64,000 bases of DNA from Bdellovibrionales bacterium (GTDB taxonomy: Bacteria; Bdellovibrionota; Bdellovibrionia; Bdellovibrionales; UBA1609). The notes beneath the pieces were generated by a model. The model did no database searches. It worked only from the letters and a program-made list of their open reading frames with translations, and was not told where the DNA came from. The stretch spans positions 1,202,082 to 1,266,081 of the forward strand of contig OZ252021.1 of assembly GCA_965247685.1 (NCBI GenBank), written 5' to 3'. Numbering within the stretch: position 1 is the stretch's first letter; each line of letters opens with the position of its first letter. Below are positions 20,237 to 30,373 of this stretch, one piece after another. Both the position numbers and the translations under genes were made by a program.

Positions 20237-21877
20237 ATGGAAAGAATTTGGCTTCAATATTATCCTCCTGAAATCCCACATAATATTGAAGATATAAAAT
20301 CTCCTATTCTTCATGACTTTAAAAAATGCTTTCAAAAATATTCTCATCAAACAGCATTTGAAAATTACGGAGAAAAAATCTCTTTTCAAGAGTGGGATGA
20401 ACTCTCTGGTCATTGGGCTTCTTATTTAAAAAATAATTGCTCCTTAAAAAAAGGAGATCGTATTGCTATTCAGCTTCCAAATACTTTGCAACTGCCTATC
20501 GCAGTGCTCGGAGCTTTAAAGGCGGGGCTTGTGGTTGTGAATATTAATCCACTCTATACCGCTCGAGAGCTTAACGAGATATTAAATAACGCCGATGTAA
20601 AAGTTTTACTCATCTTTAGCCATTCTGCTCACTTGCTCAATGAGATTTCTATTTCTATTCCCAATATTATTGTATCTAATTTAGAAGATTTGTTTTCTTT
20701 TCCAAAAAGAGTGTTATTTAAAATAATTTTAAAATTTAAAAAAATAATTCTACCCTATCCTTCTTCTACATCATTTCGTCATGCTCTCAAAAAAGGTTCT
20801 TTAATTCCATTTAAAGAAGAAGAAATAGAGCTCGATGATCTTGCTTTTTTACAATACACAGGAGGAACAACGGGAATTCCCAAAGGAGCTATGCTCACAC
20901 ATCAAAACATTGCCAGTAATTGGAAGCAATGTTTGGCGTGGATGAAACCCTATCTTGAAGAAGGAAAAGAGACGGTTGTAGCCCCTCTTCCTTTATATCA
21001 CATTTTTGCTCTAATGCTGAATGTGTTTTTACTTCCCCTCTATGGTGCCCATTCCGTACTAATTACTAACCCTAGAGACAAAAAATCTTTTATTCAAATT
21101 TTAAAAAAACATCAAAATAATATGACTATTCTTTTAGGAGTAAACGCCTTATTTAAAATGCTTGTGAACGAGCCCTCTTTTTCATCTCTCAAATTTTCAA
21201 AATTAAAATGGTGTATCGCAGGAGGAACCGCAGTAGAAAAATTTATTTATGAAAAATGGAAAAAAATAACAAACACCTTTATTGCTGAAGGTTATGGGCT
21301 CACAGAAGCCTCTCCAGTTGTCAGTTGCAACATACTCGATCAACCCATGCCCAATACTTGCGGCTATCCTTTTCCCTCCACTCGAATACGTATCAAAAAA
21401 GAAGATCAAATAGCAGACATTCATCAGCATGGTGAACTCGAAATCAAAGGTCCGCAAGTGATGAAAGGATATTGGAGGAACGAAAAAGCAACTTCACTAA
21501 TTTTAAATCAAGATGGATGGCTTAAAACAGGAGATATCGCTCAAATTAATCATCGTGGAATGATTCAAATATTGGATAGAAAAAAAGATATGATTTTAGT
21601 TTCTGGATTCAATGTTTTTCCAAACGAAATTGAAAACATCATCTCAGAACACTCCAAAGTACAAGATGTCGCTGTAGTTGGTGTTCCAGATCCTCAGTCT
21701 AAAGAAGTTCCTAAAGCTTTTATAATTAAGAAGGACTCTGGCTTAACTCAAGAAGAAATTATTGAATTTTGTAAGAAGAGCCTCACTCCTTATAAAGTGC
21801 CTAAGCATGTTGAATTCGTAGATATGCTCCCTCACTCTTATGTCGGAAAAGTACTCAGACGAAAACTGAAAAACTAA
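20237..21877 (+). CDS. fadD: long-chain fatty acid--CoA ligase (AMP-binding enzyme)
   Basis: AMP-binding signature LQYTGGTTGIPKGAMLTH, plus EGYGLTE and GWLKTGD motifs. Confidence 0.85.
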   Translation: MERIWLQYYPPEIPHNIEDIKSPILHDFKKCFQKYSHQTAFENYGEKISFQEWDELSGHWASYLKNNCSLKKGDRIAIQLPNTLQLPIAVLGALKAGLVVVNINPLYTARELNEILNNADVKVLLIFSHSAHLLNEISISIPNIIVSNLEDLFSFPKRVLFKIILKFKKIILPYPSSTSFRHALKKGSLIPFKEEEIELDDLAFLQYTGGTTGIPKGAMLTHQNIASNWKQCLAWMKPYLEEGKETVVAPLPLYHIFALMLNVFLLPLYGAHSVLITNPRDKKSFIQILKKHQNNMTILLGVNALFKMLVNEPSFSSLKFSKLKWCIAGGTAVEKFIYEKWKKITNTFIAEGYGLTEASPVVSCNILDQPMPNTCGYPFPSTRIRIKKEDQIADIHQHGELEIKGPQVMKGYWRNEKATSLILNQDGWLKTGDIAQINHRGMIQILDRKKDMILVSGFNVFPNEIENIISEHSKVQDVAVVGVPDPQSKEVPKAFIIKKDSGLTQEEIIEFCKKSLTPYKVPKHVEFVDMLPHSYVGKVLRRKLKN

Positions 21878-21956
21878 TATGGAGATAAAATATTGCATCA
21901 AGTATAATTGGCATTTATGCTTATGAGTGATATATTTTTGATGAGGGAGAAAAAGG

Positions 21957-23039
21957 ATGCCTTATGTTCAACAGATAGTAGCTGAAAAAGCGAGTATCAT
22001 TAATCGAAATACAAAAATATATGGAACTTTTGCAGAAATTGGAGCCGGCCAAGAAACGGTGAACTATTTTTTCAAAGCAGGAAGAGCTTCTCAGACTGTT
22101 GCAAAAAGTATGTCAGCCTATAATATGGTTTTTAGTGATTTGATTTATGGAAAATCGGATCGTTATGTATGTGAAAAAAGATTGATTCAGATGCTCAATC
22201 ATGAGTATTCCCTGCTGGAGAGTCGATTAAAAAAATCAAGAGGATCCAACACTTGTTTTTTTACATTAGCAAATACTGTGGCTGTCAGTACTCTTAAAAC
22301 CTCTCAGACTACAAGTCATCATGGTTGGCTGGGCCTCAGATTTCAATCTCGGCCTTTAACAAAATATAACGAAATTTTAATTCATGTGAATCTACTCGAC
22401 CGCACACGGCTTCAACAATATGAAACTTTAGGAGTGCTTGGAGTCAATCTGATATATACCGCTTTTTATGGAAAAAAAGATTCTAAAAATTTTATTCGAT
22501 CACTTGTAGATAATTTTGAACAAAATAGAGTGGAAGTTAATATTATAAAATGCAAAGGCTCTGTGTTTAAAAAAACTCAACCACAAAAGTTAGGATTGGA
22601 ATTATTGAAACAGAATTTATCTCCATTTATTGCTCTCCCCTACAAAGAATCTCCTTTAGATCTTTTTTATGAAAAATCTTTACATTTGATCACATCTGCC
22701 TCTAAAGCTGTAAGAAAAAAAGACTCCAGCAAGAATTTGTATTTAACCCTTTCCACAAAGCCAAGTACAAAGTGCTTGGTTCATAACTTTAAACATCTTT
22801 ATGAACTTAAACAAAAGATCAGAGAGTATACACAAAAAAAACTTTATTTTTATTTATCATTTAAAGAGTTTCAATCTTTTATTAATCCTAAAAATTATAA
22901 AGAACAAAATTTAATTCAGGTATATGGACAACTCTTTGATCGTCAAACACAAATGATTGTTTCTGCTCCTAGAAACTTTTCAACCTCATGTCTGATGACA
23001 AAAAGCCTGATCAAAAACAAATCTATTCAGTTAATTTAA
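21957..23039 (+). CDS. hypothetical protein
   Basis: 360-aa ORF with GGGAGAAAAAGG upstream. The N-terminal block YGTFAEIGAGQETVNYFFKAGRASQTVAKSMSAYNMVFSD looks conserved, but I cannot name the family. Confidence 0.5.
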   Translation: MPYVQQIVAEKASIINRNTKIYGTFAEIGAGQETVNYFFKAGRASQTVAKSMSAYNMVFSDLIYGKSDRYVCEKRLIQMLNHEYSLLESRLKKSRGSNTCFFTLANTVAVSTLKTSQTTSHHGWLGLRFQSRPLTKYNEILIHVNLLDRTRLQQYETLGVLGVNLIYTAFYGKKDSKNFIRSLVDNFEQNRVEVNIIKCKGSVFKKTQPQKLGLELLKQNLSPFIALPYKESPLDLFYEKSLHLITSASKAVRKKDSSKNLYLTLSTKPSTKCLVHNFKHLYELKQKIREYTQKKLYFYLSFKEFQSFINPKNYKEQNLIQVYGQLFDRQTQMIVSAPRNFSTSCLMTKSLIKNKSIQLI

Positions 23040-23088
23040 CTTTGAAAAAAATCTGCGAAGAAGGTTTATTTCAATCAATAAGTTTATT

Positions 23089-23781
23089 CTAGAAAGTGAC
23101 TGAAACCCAAAGAGCACCTGTCACCATCCATAAACTACCAATTAAATCTTGGATCTTTTTGCTATCTGGTTTCTCATGAGCTGAAGCTGAAATCACATCT
23201 TTGTAATCTAAACTCACTTGAGTATAAAAAGGTTTCATAACACCCAGTTCAGCACTCAAACTCAGATGCTTACTTAAAGGAAACATATAACCAGTATGTA
23301 AAGTTGCATTGTGCACAGAAGCTCTTACATTATAATTAACTGCATTCTCACCAAAATCACGTCCTAAAGCCTCTTGAATAGACTTCACCATCACTTCCTT
23401 AGGTTCAACTCTAAAGATATTAGAATATCCAATCTCTCCATAAAATCCAGATCGAACACTTTGTCTATAACCCAAGCTGGCACCTATGTAGATAGAATCA
23501 GACACAGTATCTATGATTAAAGACATTTCATCATCTTTAAGGGAGGATGTCATATTCATAAGTTGAGAAGCAAAAGGCGTTCGAAGCATAACAGAATGCA
23601 CAATACCTGCACCTAGACGAGCATAAATATGCTCATGCTGGCTAATTTTAGTATGAATTCCAAAATGACTTGGAAATTCCAAACCAAACTCCAGATCCCA
23701 ATAGGATAATAGATTCGCATAGGCTGCACTGTGCGCGAACACTATTAAAACAAAACATAATTTTTTAAATGACAAACTCAT
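23089..23781 (-). CDS. hypothetical exported protein, possible small outer-membrane beta-barrel
   Basis: Signal peptide MSLSFKKLCFVLIVFAHSAAYA, alternating beta-strand-like pattern and a terminal Phe (..WVSVTF). Confidence 0.4.
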   Translation of the reverse strand: MSLSFKKLCFVLIVFAHSAAYANLLSYWDLEFGLEFPSHFGIHTKISQHEHIYARLGAGIVHSVMLRTPFASQLMNMTSSLKDDEMSLIIDTVSDSIYIGASLGYRQSVRSGFYGEIGYSNIFRVEPKEVMVKSIQEALGRDFGENAVNYNVRASVHNATLHTGYMFPLSKHLSLSAELGVMKPFYTQVSLDYKDVISASAHEKPDSKKIQDLIGSLWMVTGALWVSVTF

Positions 23782-24205
23782 AAAATCACCCTCATGAATT
23801 ATAAAAATAAATAAATTTTAAATGATATATATGCCAGACTTACGGCAATAAATAATAAGAAATAATTTTAATACACTGTAGAACCATATCAGCAACCACC
23901 TTTAATTGAACCCTCATATAATATCTTATCGGCACCAAAACAACAACTACCTGTAATATACATGATTTTTTCTCAAAAAACACAATAATAGTGCATTTTT
24001 AACACTTTAGTATGTATTTTTTTCACATTTAACTCAAAAAAAAGGGCTTTTGAATGATTTTTTACCTACAATGAGAAAAACTTAGAAAATAAAAAAATCA
24101 GCTATTTATGAAAGAAAAAGCTCATGTTTTTTTAAATATCGACCGATAAGGCACATTCAAAAATAAACCTCGCGCCTCATTATAAAAAAACCTTAAATTC
24201 ACTTC

Positions 24206-25081
24206 TTAGTTAATTCGAATATTACCTGATCGGCTCTTTAAAGAAACTGTGCCAGACTGTTCCCCTCTTCCTCTTATCGAACCGGAAGCTTGAGAAACTC
24301 CTCCTGCTCGATCTTTATAAAAGTTTTTAGGAGCATAAACTTTACCCTCCCAGCTTTGAGCTTTAACTCGAGCTTTAGAGTTTTGAAAATAAAGATTAAT
24401 ATCTCCTGATTGACTTTCAATTTCAACTTTCTTGGGAGTCAAAGAACCTTGAATGGAACCTCCCTTAGATATTCCATCAATATTTCCTACATAAGATCGA
24501 AGACGAATATTAGAACGATGAGTCTTATATTTTAAATCACCCTCAGTTTTTTTAAGTTCCGTGGGACTTGAAAAACTACTCAGCTCAACAAAACCCTTAG
24601 AATGAGCTATATAAACAGGTTTTTGATAAGAAAGAACATTAATATCTCCTTGAAACTGATCGATTTGAGTACTGGCCGCATAAGATTGAATTTTAAGTTT
24701 ACCAGAATTATTCTTCATTGTAATTTGACCCTCATCCAAGCTAATCAAAAAAACTCCTTTGCTATTTTCAATGAACAGCTCTCCTTTTTTTATAGAGACG
24801 GTAATATTGTTATTTTTAAAATTTCGAATCCGAACTTTATTTGCAGAATTTAAAATTAAATTAATGTTTTTGGTTGGAGTCTTGATTTTTACACTATCCT
24901 CAACCTCTAAAGTTACTTGTTTTTTGTCACTTTCTTTTTTCACAGAACCTTGAATATCTAATTCCTTTTCACTGGGTTCAATGAGTAGTTCTGTTACACT
25001 CTTCCCTTTAATGAATAAAGTTTCAGGAGCTTTGGAGAAACCTATCAAAGGAAATAAAAGAATAAAATAAATCCATTTCAT
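24206..25081 (-). CDS. secreted repeat protein (DUF4097-like putative adhesin fold?)
   Basis: Signal peptide MKWIYFILLFPLIGFS. Repetitive short beta-strand units (GDINV.., GNIDG.., GDINLY.., GNIRIN). Its start ATG overlaps the citrate synthase stop (TAATG). Confidence 0.4.
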   Translation of the reverse strand: MKWIYFILLFPLIGFSKAPETLFIKGKSVTELLIEPSEKELDIQGSVKKESDKKQVTLEVEDSVKIKTPTKNINLILNSANKVRIRNFKNNNITVSIKKGELFIENSKGVFLISLDEGQITMKNNSGKLKIQSYAASTQIDQFQGDINVLSYQKPVYIAHSKGFVELSSFSSPTELKKTEGDLKYKTHRSNIRLRSYVGNIDGISKGGSIQGSLTPKKVEIESQSGDINLYFQNSKARVKAQSWEGKVYAPKNFYKDRAGGVSQASGSIRGRGEQSGTVSLKSRSGNIRIN

Positions 25082-26187
25082 TATAAATGTCTTTCTTGAG
25101 GTCCTATATATTCACTCATGGGACGAATAATTCTATTGTTTTCGGATTGTTCAATAATGTGAGCGATCCATCCTGCCATACGAGCCATCGCAAATATGGG
25201 AGTGTAGAGAGGAATATCAATGCCCATCATATAGTAGGCTGGCCCTGCGGGAAAATCTACATTAGGTCTTAAGTTCTTTGCATTTTCCATATAATCTTTG
25301 ATGAGAGTGTACATTTTTAGCCACTTAGTCTCTTCGTATTCTTGAGCTACCATTTTTGTACATTCATACATATGAGGAACCCGAGCATCCCCTTGTTTAT
25401 ACACTCTATGACCAAATCCCATAATTTTTCTTTTTTCTTGAAGCGCTTGAGATAAATATTTTTCTACTTGAGAAGGTTCGCCTATTTCTTGCATCATGTA
25501 CATGACTTGTTCATTAGCGCCACCATGAAGAGGCCCTTTCAAAGATCCAATAGCTCCGCAGATTGCACTAAAAACATCAGATGTCGTGGAAGTGATAACT
25601 CTTGCTGCAAAAGTGGAGGCATTAAAGCCGTGTTCTGCATAAAGAGATAATGAACGATCAAAAGCTTTTACAAAAAGATCAGAAGGATCTTTTCCGTAAT
25701 ACATATAAAGAAAATTATGAGCGATTGAAGCATCTTTTTTAGGTAAAATATAATCCTCTCCTTTTTGAAAACGATAATGAGCCGTAATCACAATAGGAAT
25801 AAGAGACATTATTTGAAGACCTTTTTCACGAATATCTTGTGAGTTTTTATTCCATGTATTTTTACTGGATGAACCGAGTAAACTCACAGCAGTTCTTAAA
25901 ACATCCATAGGATGTGCATCTTTTAAAGTTTGAACGACTTTGAGTATTTTTTTAATCTCAGGTTCGAGTTGAACGAAATTATTTTGAATAGAATTTTCAA
26001 ACTCTTGAACTTCTTTTTGATTTGGAAGCTCTCCATTCCATACCAGAAGGACGATTTCCGCATAGGTTTTATTCGCAACCAGTTCTCCAATAGGATAACC
26101 CCTATAAATAAGAGATTTTGTTTGTGGAAGCAAACAAGATATAGCGGAAGAATCAACAACAACACCTTCTAAACCTTTTCCAGACAC
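25081..26187 (-). CDS. gltA: citrate synthase (short bacterial type)
   Basis: LHGGANE, GFGHRVYKQGDAR and DFPAGP motifs. 368 aa. Confidence 0.9.
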   Translation of the reverse strand: MSGKGLEGVVVDSSAISCLLPQTKSLIYRGYPIGELVANKTYAEIVLLVWNGELPNQKEVQEFENSIQNNFVQLEPEIKKILKVVQTLKDAHPMDVLRTAVSLLGSSSKNTWNKNSQDIREKGLQIMSLIPIVITAHYRFQKGEDYILPKKDASIAHNFLYMYYGKDPSDLFVKAFDRSLSLYAEHGFNASTFAARVITSTTSDVFSAICGAIGSLKGPLHGGANEQVMYMMQEIGEPSQVEKYLSQALQEKRKIMGFGHRVYKQGDARVPHMYECTKMVAQEYEETKWLKMYTLIKDYMENAKNLRPNVDFPAGPAYYMMGIDIPLYTPIFAMARMAGWIAHIIEQSENNRIIRPMSEYIGPQERHL

Positions 26188-26326
26188 TTTTTTTTCTCCT
26201 TTTTTTTTACACTAATCTATTTCAGTCCGCATGAATATAACCCACTCCAATAACACAGTAAAGTTTTAAATTTACAACTTTTTTTGAAAACAAGTGATCT
26301 TTAGAAAGTAAAGACTTATTCAGAGA

Positions 26327-28099
26327 TTATTTATTAGTAGGTTGATTACAGTTGACTTGGTTATTACCACAATAAACACGTACAGTATCTGATAAAGTGT
26401 TGAATATATTATCTTCAGGTCCTGCGATTTTTTTATTTTTTTGATCAGCAGTGATTTTCTTCTTTTTTTGATTCTTAGGCAAGAATTTAGACAAATCAAA
26501 ACCAGATGATCCTTTATCATTATCGCCTGAAAAACCCCAGCCGCCGCCTCCACTTCCTGGAGAATCTTCTTTTGGAGAAAGACCTGAAAGTAAATCACCA
26601 TACTCTTCTTCCTGTCCGTCCATTTCAGCATCTTCAGGATATTGTCCGCCTGCTCCTCCTCCTCCAGTTCCGCCGCCACCTGAAAGACCTCCACCGCCGC
26701 CTCCAGAACCAGAAGCGCCTCGGTAGGTTGTAGAACCCGTGCTAGTAGAATCTTCTTTTGGAGGAATCCTCACAAGTCCACCATCGGGAGGGTCACAACC
26801 TAAAGGATCGTTACATCCGTCAGGGTCAGGTAAAGGTGGAAGTTCGTTCACCCCTAAACTCGGAAGCTCTGTTCTTTGACCTCCGCATACAAGATGATCA
26901 GGATTGCTTACACAGTCTATATCTGGATTTTCATCACAACCCTCAGCATCCGGTTGATCAATGCAATTAGGCTGATTATTACATTCCCTATGTGTTGGGA
27001 ACTCATCACAAAATGCTTCACAAGCAGCACTTTCAGGGTCTTCACATACTACAGGTCCACAAAAACTTCTAGAAGCTAAAGGAAAGGCATTACAGACACC
27101 TCGACATACTTCCTCATCATCATATTTGTTACAATAATCCACACACAGAGGATCATCTGGGTTCTCCCTGCAGTGATCTTGACATGCTTGAGGATTAGTA
27201 TTCATATTCACAGAAGAACAAGGAGGATCATTTTCTCCAGGAGGAGGGTCCTCTGTTTGGTCATTATTGGCGCAACGGTTCGATATTACAGCTCCAAACG
27301 TATTCGCAGCAGCCTGTGCTCCCTGCTTCAAAGCAGCACTTCCTATACTTCCGCATTTACTCTTCCCACTTGTAAATAATGTTTTCCATTTCCCTAGCTT
27401 CTCTATCGACTCCCCTAATGCTACCACTCTGTCTGGGAGGGGGGTCACTTTTGCCTTCTCTGTTGCCAAGTCTACTTTGCATTTGTCTACTGTCTGCCCA
27501 ATAACGGTTATACATCTTTGAAAATTTCTACGACAACTCATATTTTTAGCTATACATTTTGCAGATGCCACGCTATCCACAGTGGCAGCAGCAACTTGTA
27601 TATTTCTCATTGTTTTACAATGTTTTTGAATACTCAAAGATGAAACTGTCCCCGCTACAGCCGCAAGTCTCAATGCAGTCATAGCATGACGAAATTTTCC
27701 AGAAAGACACATGGAAGGAGTAGAACAACAATAGCAGTCACTAGTTCCCATATTATAAATTGCCTGAAATTGAGTTTCATCAATATTTGATGGACATGTA
27801 TCTGTTTGTAAAAAATTCGCACAAGGTTTTTTGTAAGAAGACGCTGTAGCTACAGTGTCACATAAAGGCCGGCCTACTTTGAACTGTTCTATAGCAGGTG
27901 ACGATTTTGGTCGGCAGGCTCCACAAGTGCTTTGAGCTTCATAAAACTTACCTTGAAGGAAATCCCAATGAGAAAGAACACCTTTTGTAATATCCACAGC
28001 ACCTTCTACGCTTTTTGTATCTATTTGGGCAAGCACAGGAAAAAGTATAAAAACAGCAAACACACTGAAAACTTTTACAAATATTTTATTTTTTATCAT
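26327..28099 (-). CDS. secreted cysteine-rich / glycine-rich protein, no recognised family
   Basis: 590 aa with signal peptide MIKNKIFVKVFSVFAVFILFPVLAQ and about 36 Cys by my count. It has an acidic Cys/Pro/Asp-rich middle, poly-Gly tracts (GSGGGGGGLSGGGGTGGGGAGG) and a Lys-rich tail. It is the only long frame here and its composition is coherent. Confidence 0.7.
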   Translation of the reverse strand: MIKNKIFVKVFSVFAVFILFPVLAQIDTKSVEGAVDITKGVLSHWDFLQGKFYEAQSTCGACRPKSSPAIEQFKVGRPLCDTVATASSYKKPCANFLQTDTCPSNIDETQFQAIYNMGTSDCYCCSTPSMCLSGKFRHAMTALRLAAVAGTVSSLSIQKHCKTMRNIQVAAATVDSVASAKCIAKNMSCRRNFQRCITVIGQTVDKCKVDLATEKAKVTPLPDRVVALGESIEKLGKWKTLFTSGKSKCGSIGSAALKQGAQAAANTFGAVISNRCANNDQTEDPPPGENDPPCSSVNMNTNPQACQDHCRENPDDPLCVDYCNKYDDEEVCRGVCNAFPLASRSFCGPVVCEDPESAACEAFCDEFPTHRECNNQPNCIDQPDAEGCDENPDIDCVSNPDHLVCGGQRTELPSLGVNELPPLPDPDGCNDPLGCDPPDGGLVRIPPKEDSTSTGSTTYRGASGSGGGGGGLSGGGGTGGGGAGGQYPEDAEMDGQEEEYGDLLSGLSPKEDSPGSGGGGWGFSGDNDKGSSGFDLSKFLPKNQKKKKITADQKNKKIAGPEDNIFNTLSDTVRVYCGNNQVNCNQPTNK

Positions 28100-28317
28100 C
28101 TTTTTACCTGCAAAAAATAAAAGGGGGGAAATATCATCACATCTACAAAACTTTTCGGTCGACTATAGTCAAAAATATAGACACTTTTACGAAAAAAGTT
28201 CTAAAAACATACAAATATAGCATTATTTTCACATTTTTTGTCTCAAAACGACACACTGAAAAATTAAACTCTCATGTTAGAGTGCCGAAGCCTTAAAATC
28301 GATCCAGTTTTACTTCT

Positions 28318-29376
28318 TTAAAGACGTTGAACAAAATCATCAAACAAGGATAAAGAATCTTTGGGTCCAGGATGATTTTCAGGATGAAATTGAACGGCCA
28401 ACACTTTTTTCTTTTCAGAATAAAAACCCTGAATTGTTTGATCGTTTAAATTAATATGAGTTACTTTTACATCTAAAGGAAGCGACCCCTCCACGATCAC
28501 ATAACCATGATTTTGAGTTGTAATATAAATACAATTATTCAAAGTATCTCGAACAGGATGATTCACTCCACGATGCCCAAACTTTAATTTTCTTGTTCGA
28601 CCGCCTAAAGCCAATGCTAAAATCTGACAACCCATACAAATTCCGAACATAAAATATTGCCCCATCAACTCTTGCACTGTTTGAACGGCTTTTTGCACAT
28701 GTTGAGGATCTCCAGGCCCATTACTAAGCAAAATACCTTGTGGATTCCAATTCTTAATTTCTTCAGCCGAAGTTCGAGGAGGAAAAACAGCTACTTCTGA
28801 ACATCGAGCCTTAAGCTCTCTTAAAATACTCGATTTACAGCCAAAATCTAACACTGCCACTCGAGCTCCTTGAGATTTTTCACCTTTGTAAGTTTCCACT
28901 TTGGAATTAGAAATCAAATACGGCCAATCCTTTTCTAAACTTTTTTGTTTTTGAATTAACTCTTGAGCTTTAGATTTTGCCTGCTCCTCTTTTTCTTCCT
29001 TCACAATAGCTCCATAAACAGAGCCGTGTTTTCTTAAGGTAAAAACTAAAGAGCGGGTATCCACCTCTTCTAAAACCGGAACACTGTGGGTGTTAAGTTT
29101 TTGCAACCAAGAATGATCTCTTTTAGAATTTTGCATTTGGACACACACAACACCCTGTATCCAAATTCTTTCAGACTCCCAAAAAAAATCACTCTCACCA
29201 TAATTACCCTGCTGAGGGGCTGTCATCACCATGATTTGAGAAAAATAAGAGGGATCGGTAGCAACTTCTTCATAACCGCCGTGTGCTGTATTAAAGACAA
29301 CTTCTCCGGCTTTCTCTCCACCACCCAGATGTTTTCCAGAGAAAACCTCGCCTGTCTCCAAGACTAAATAAGCCAA
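28318..29376 (-). CDS. carA: carbamoyl-phosphate synthase small (glutaminase) subunit
   Basis: GICMGCQILALALGG catalytic Cys region, HRGVNHPV and QFHPE motifs. Confidence 0.95.
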   Translation of the reverse strand: MAYLVLETGEVFSGKHLGGGEKAGEVVFNTAHGGYEEVATDPSYFSQIMVMTAPQQGNYGESDFFWESERIWIQGVVCVQMQNSKRDHSWLQKLNTHSVPVLEEVDTRSLVFTLRKHGSVYGAIVKEEKEEQAKSKAQELIQKQKSLEKDWPYLISNSKVETYKGEKSQGARVAVLDFGCKSSILRELKARCSEVAVFPPRTSAEEIKNWNPQGILLSNGPGDPQHVQKAVQTVQELMGQYFMFGICMGCQILALALGGRTRKLKFGHRGVNHPVRDTLNNCIYITTQNHGYVIVEGSLPLDVKVTHINLNDQTIQGFYSEKKKVLAVQFHPENHPGPKDSLSLFDDFVQRL

Positions 29377-29385
29377 GCTTTACCT

Positions 29386-30321
29386 CTATACTCTGAGATC
29401 TAAAATAGAGCAAAGAATGGCTAAACGAACATATAAACCGTTTTCAACTTGCCTTAAAATACAACAACGAGAATCTCTTAACGCATAGTTTGAAATTTCT
29501 ACTCCTCGAATCACTGGACCAGGATGAAGAATCACTCCCTTAGAGTTAAACAAGTTCATCTGATCATAACCAATGCGAAATTTATCACGATATTCGGCTA
29601 AAGAAAAACCTACAGGGCTTACATCTTCATGTCTTTCTTCGTGTACACGCAAAGCCACTAAAACAGTCGACCATTTTACTCCCTCATCGAGATTTTCAAA
29701 TTTTTTTAGATTTTTCCATATTTCCGTTTTCGGTGATAAAGAATTAGGAGAACAATAAGCCACCTCTGCACCCATACGAGTAAAAAGTTTGCAGTCCGAA
29801 TGAGCTACACGAGAATGCAGGACATCCCCTATGATTAAAATTTTTTCTCCTTTAACTTTTCCTCGAGTTTCCAATATGGTCATGACATCAGATAAAGATT
29901 GAGTTGGGTGAGATTCTGTGCCTAAACCCGCGTTAATAAGAGGAATAGGGCTTTGAAATAGTTCCTCCTTACTTTGTTTGAGTTTTCTCGTGCGAAAAAT
30001 TAAAGCATCAGGGCGTAAAGCTTTAAGAATAGTGAATGTATCTTCTAAAGTTTCTCCTTTAGCTACGCTGGAATAATCTAAACTTAAAGACACTTTTTTA
30101 ACATTGAGCCGGTCACATGCTGTTTCAAAACTAACTCGAGTTCTTGTACTCGGTTCAGCAAAAAGAAGATAAACCACTTTTCTGCCTGCTTTTTTATAGT
30201 CGACTAAATGCTGAATGGAGCCGGATTCTAGATTCTTTTTAAAAAGAGAGGCCAACTCTAAAATATCATTAATCTGATGGTTTTCTAAATTCTCAATATC
30301 TATGATGGACTTGTTTAACAT
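29386..30321 (-). CDS. pyrB: aspartate carbamoyltransferase catalytic subunit
   Basis: STRTRVSFE, HPTQSL and LHPGPV motifs. Confidence 0.95.
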   Translation of the reverse strand: MLNKSIIDIENLENHQINDILELASLFKKNLESGSIQHLVDYKKAGRKVVYLLFAEPSTRTRVSFETACDRLNVKKVSLSLDYSSVAKGETLEDTFTILKALRPDALIFRTRKLKQSKEELFQSPIPLINAGLGTESHPTQSLSDVMTILETRGKVKGEKILIIGDVLHSRVAHSDCKLFTRMGAEVAYCSPNSLSPKTEIWKNLKKFENLDEGVKWSTVLVALRVHEERHEDVSPVGFSLAEYRDKFRIGYDQMNLFNSKGVILHPGPVIRGVEISNYALRDSRCCILRQVENGLYVRLAILCSILDLRV

Positions 30322-30373
30322 AGTAACCTTTATATTATATTAAAAAAAAAAGTCGAACTGGTCAATCCACTTT

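Noticed and set aside
23782-24205. 424-bp AT-rich spacer examined for small genes or structured RNA
   Set aside because: It contains only trivial ORFs (13 codons or fewer) and no stable stems or repeats. It is most simply promoter and terminator space for the flanking minus-strand genes.
26320-27521. Several 60-124-aa ORFs on both strands overlapping the Cys-rich gene
   Set aside because: The locally GC-rich, Gly/Pro-codon sequence suppresses stop codons in other frames. Only the 590-aa frame has a signal peptide and coherent composition.
30322-30373. T10 run after lepB / before pyrB as an attenuator or terminator
   Set aside because: I could not draw a convincing GC-containing stem in front of the T run. 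Homopolymer A/T runs of 8-10 nt are frequent throughout this AT-rich window (for example near 8461, 16319, 26195, 50141 and 52786), so I do not treat them as phase-variation or regulatory signals.
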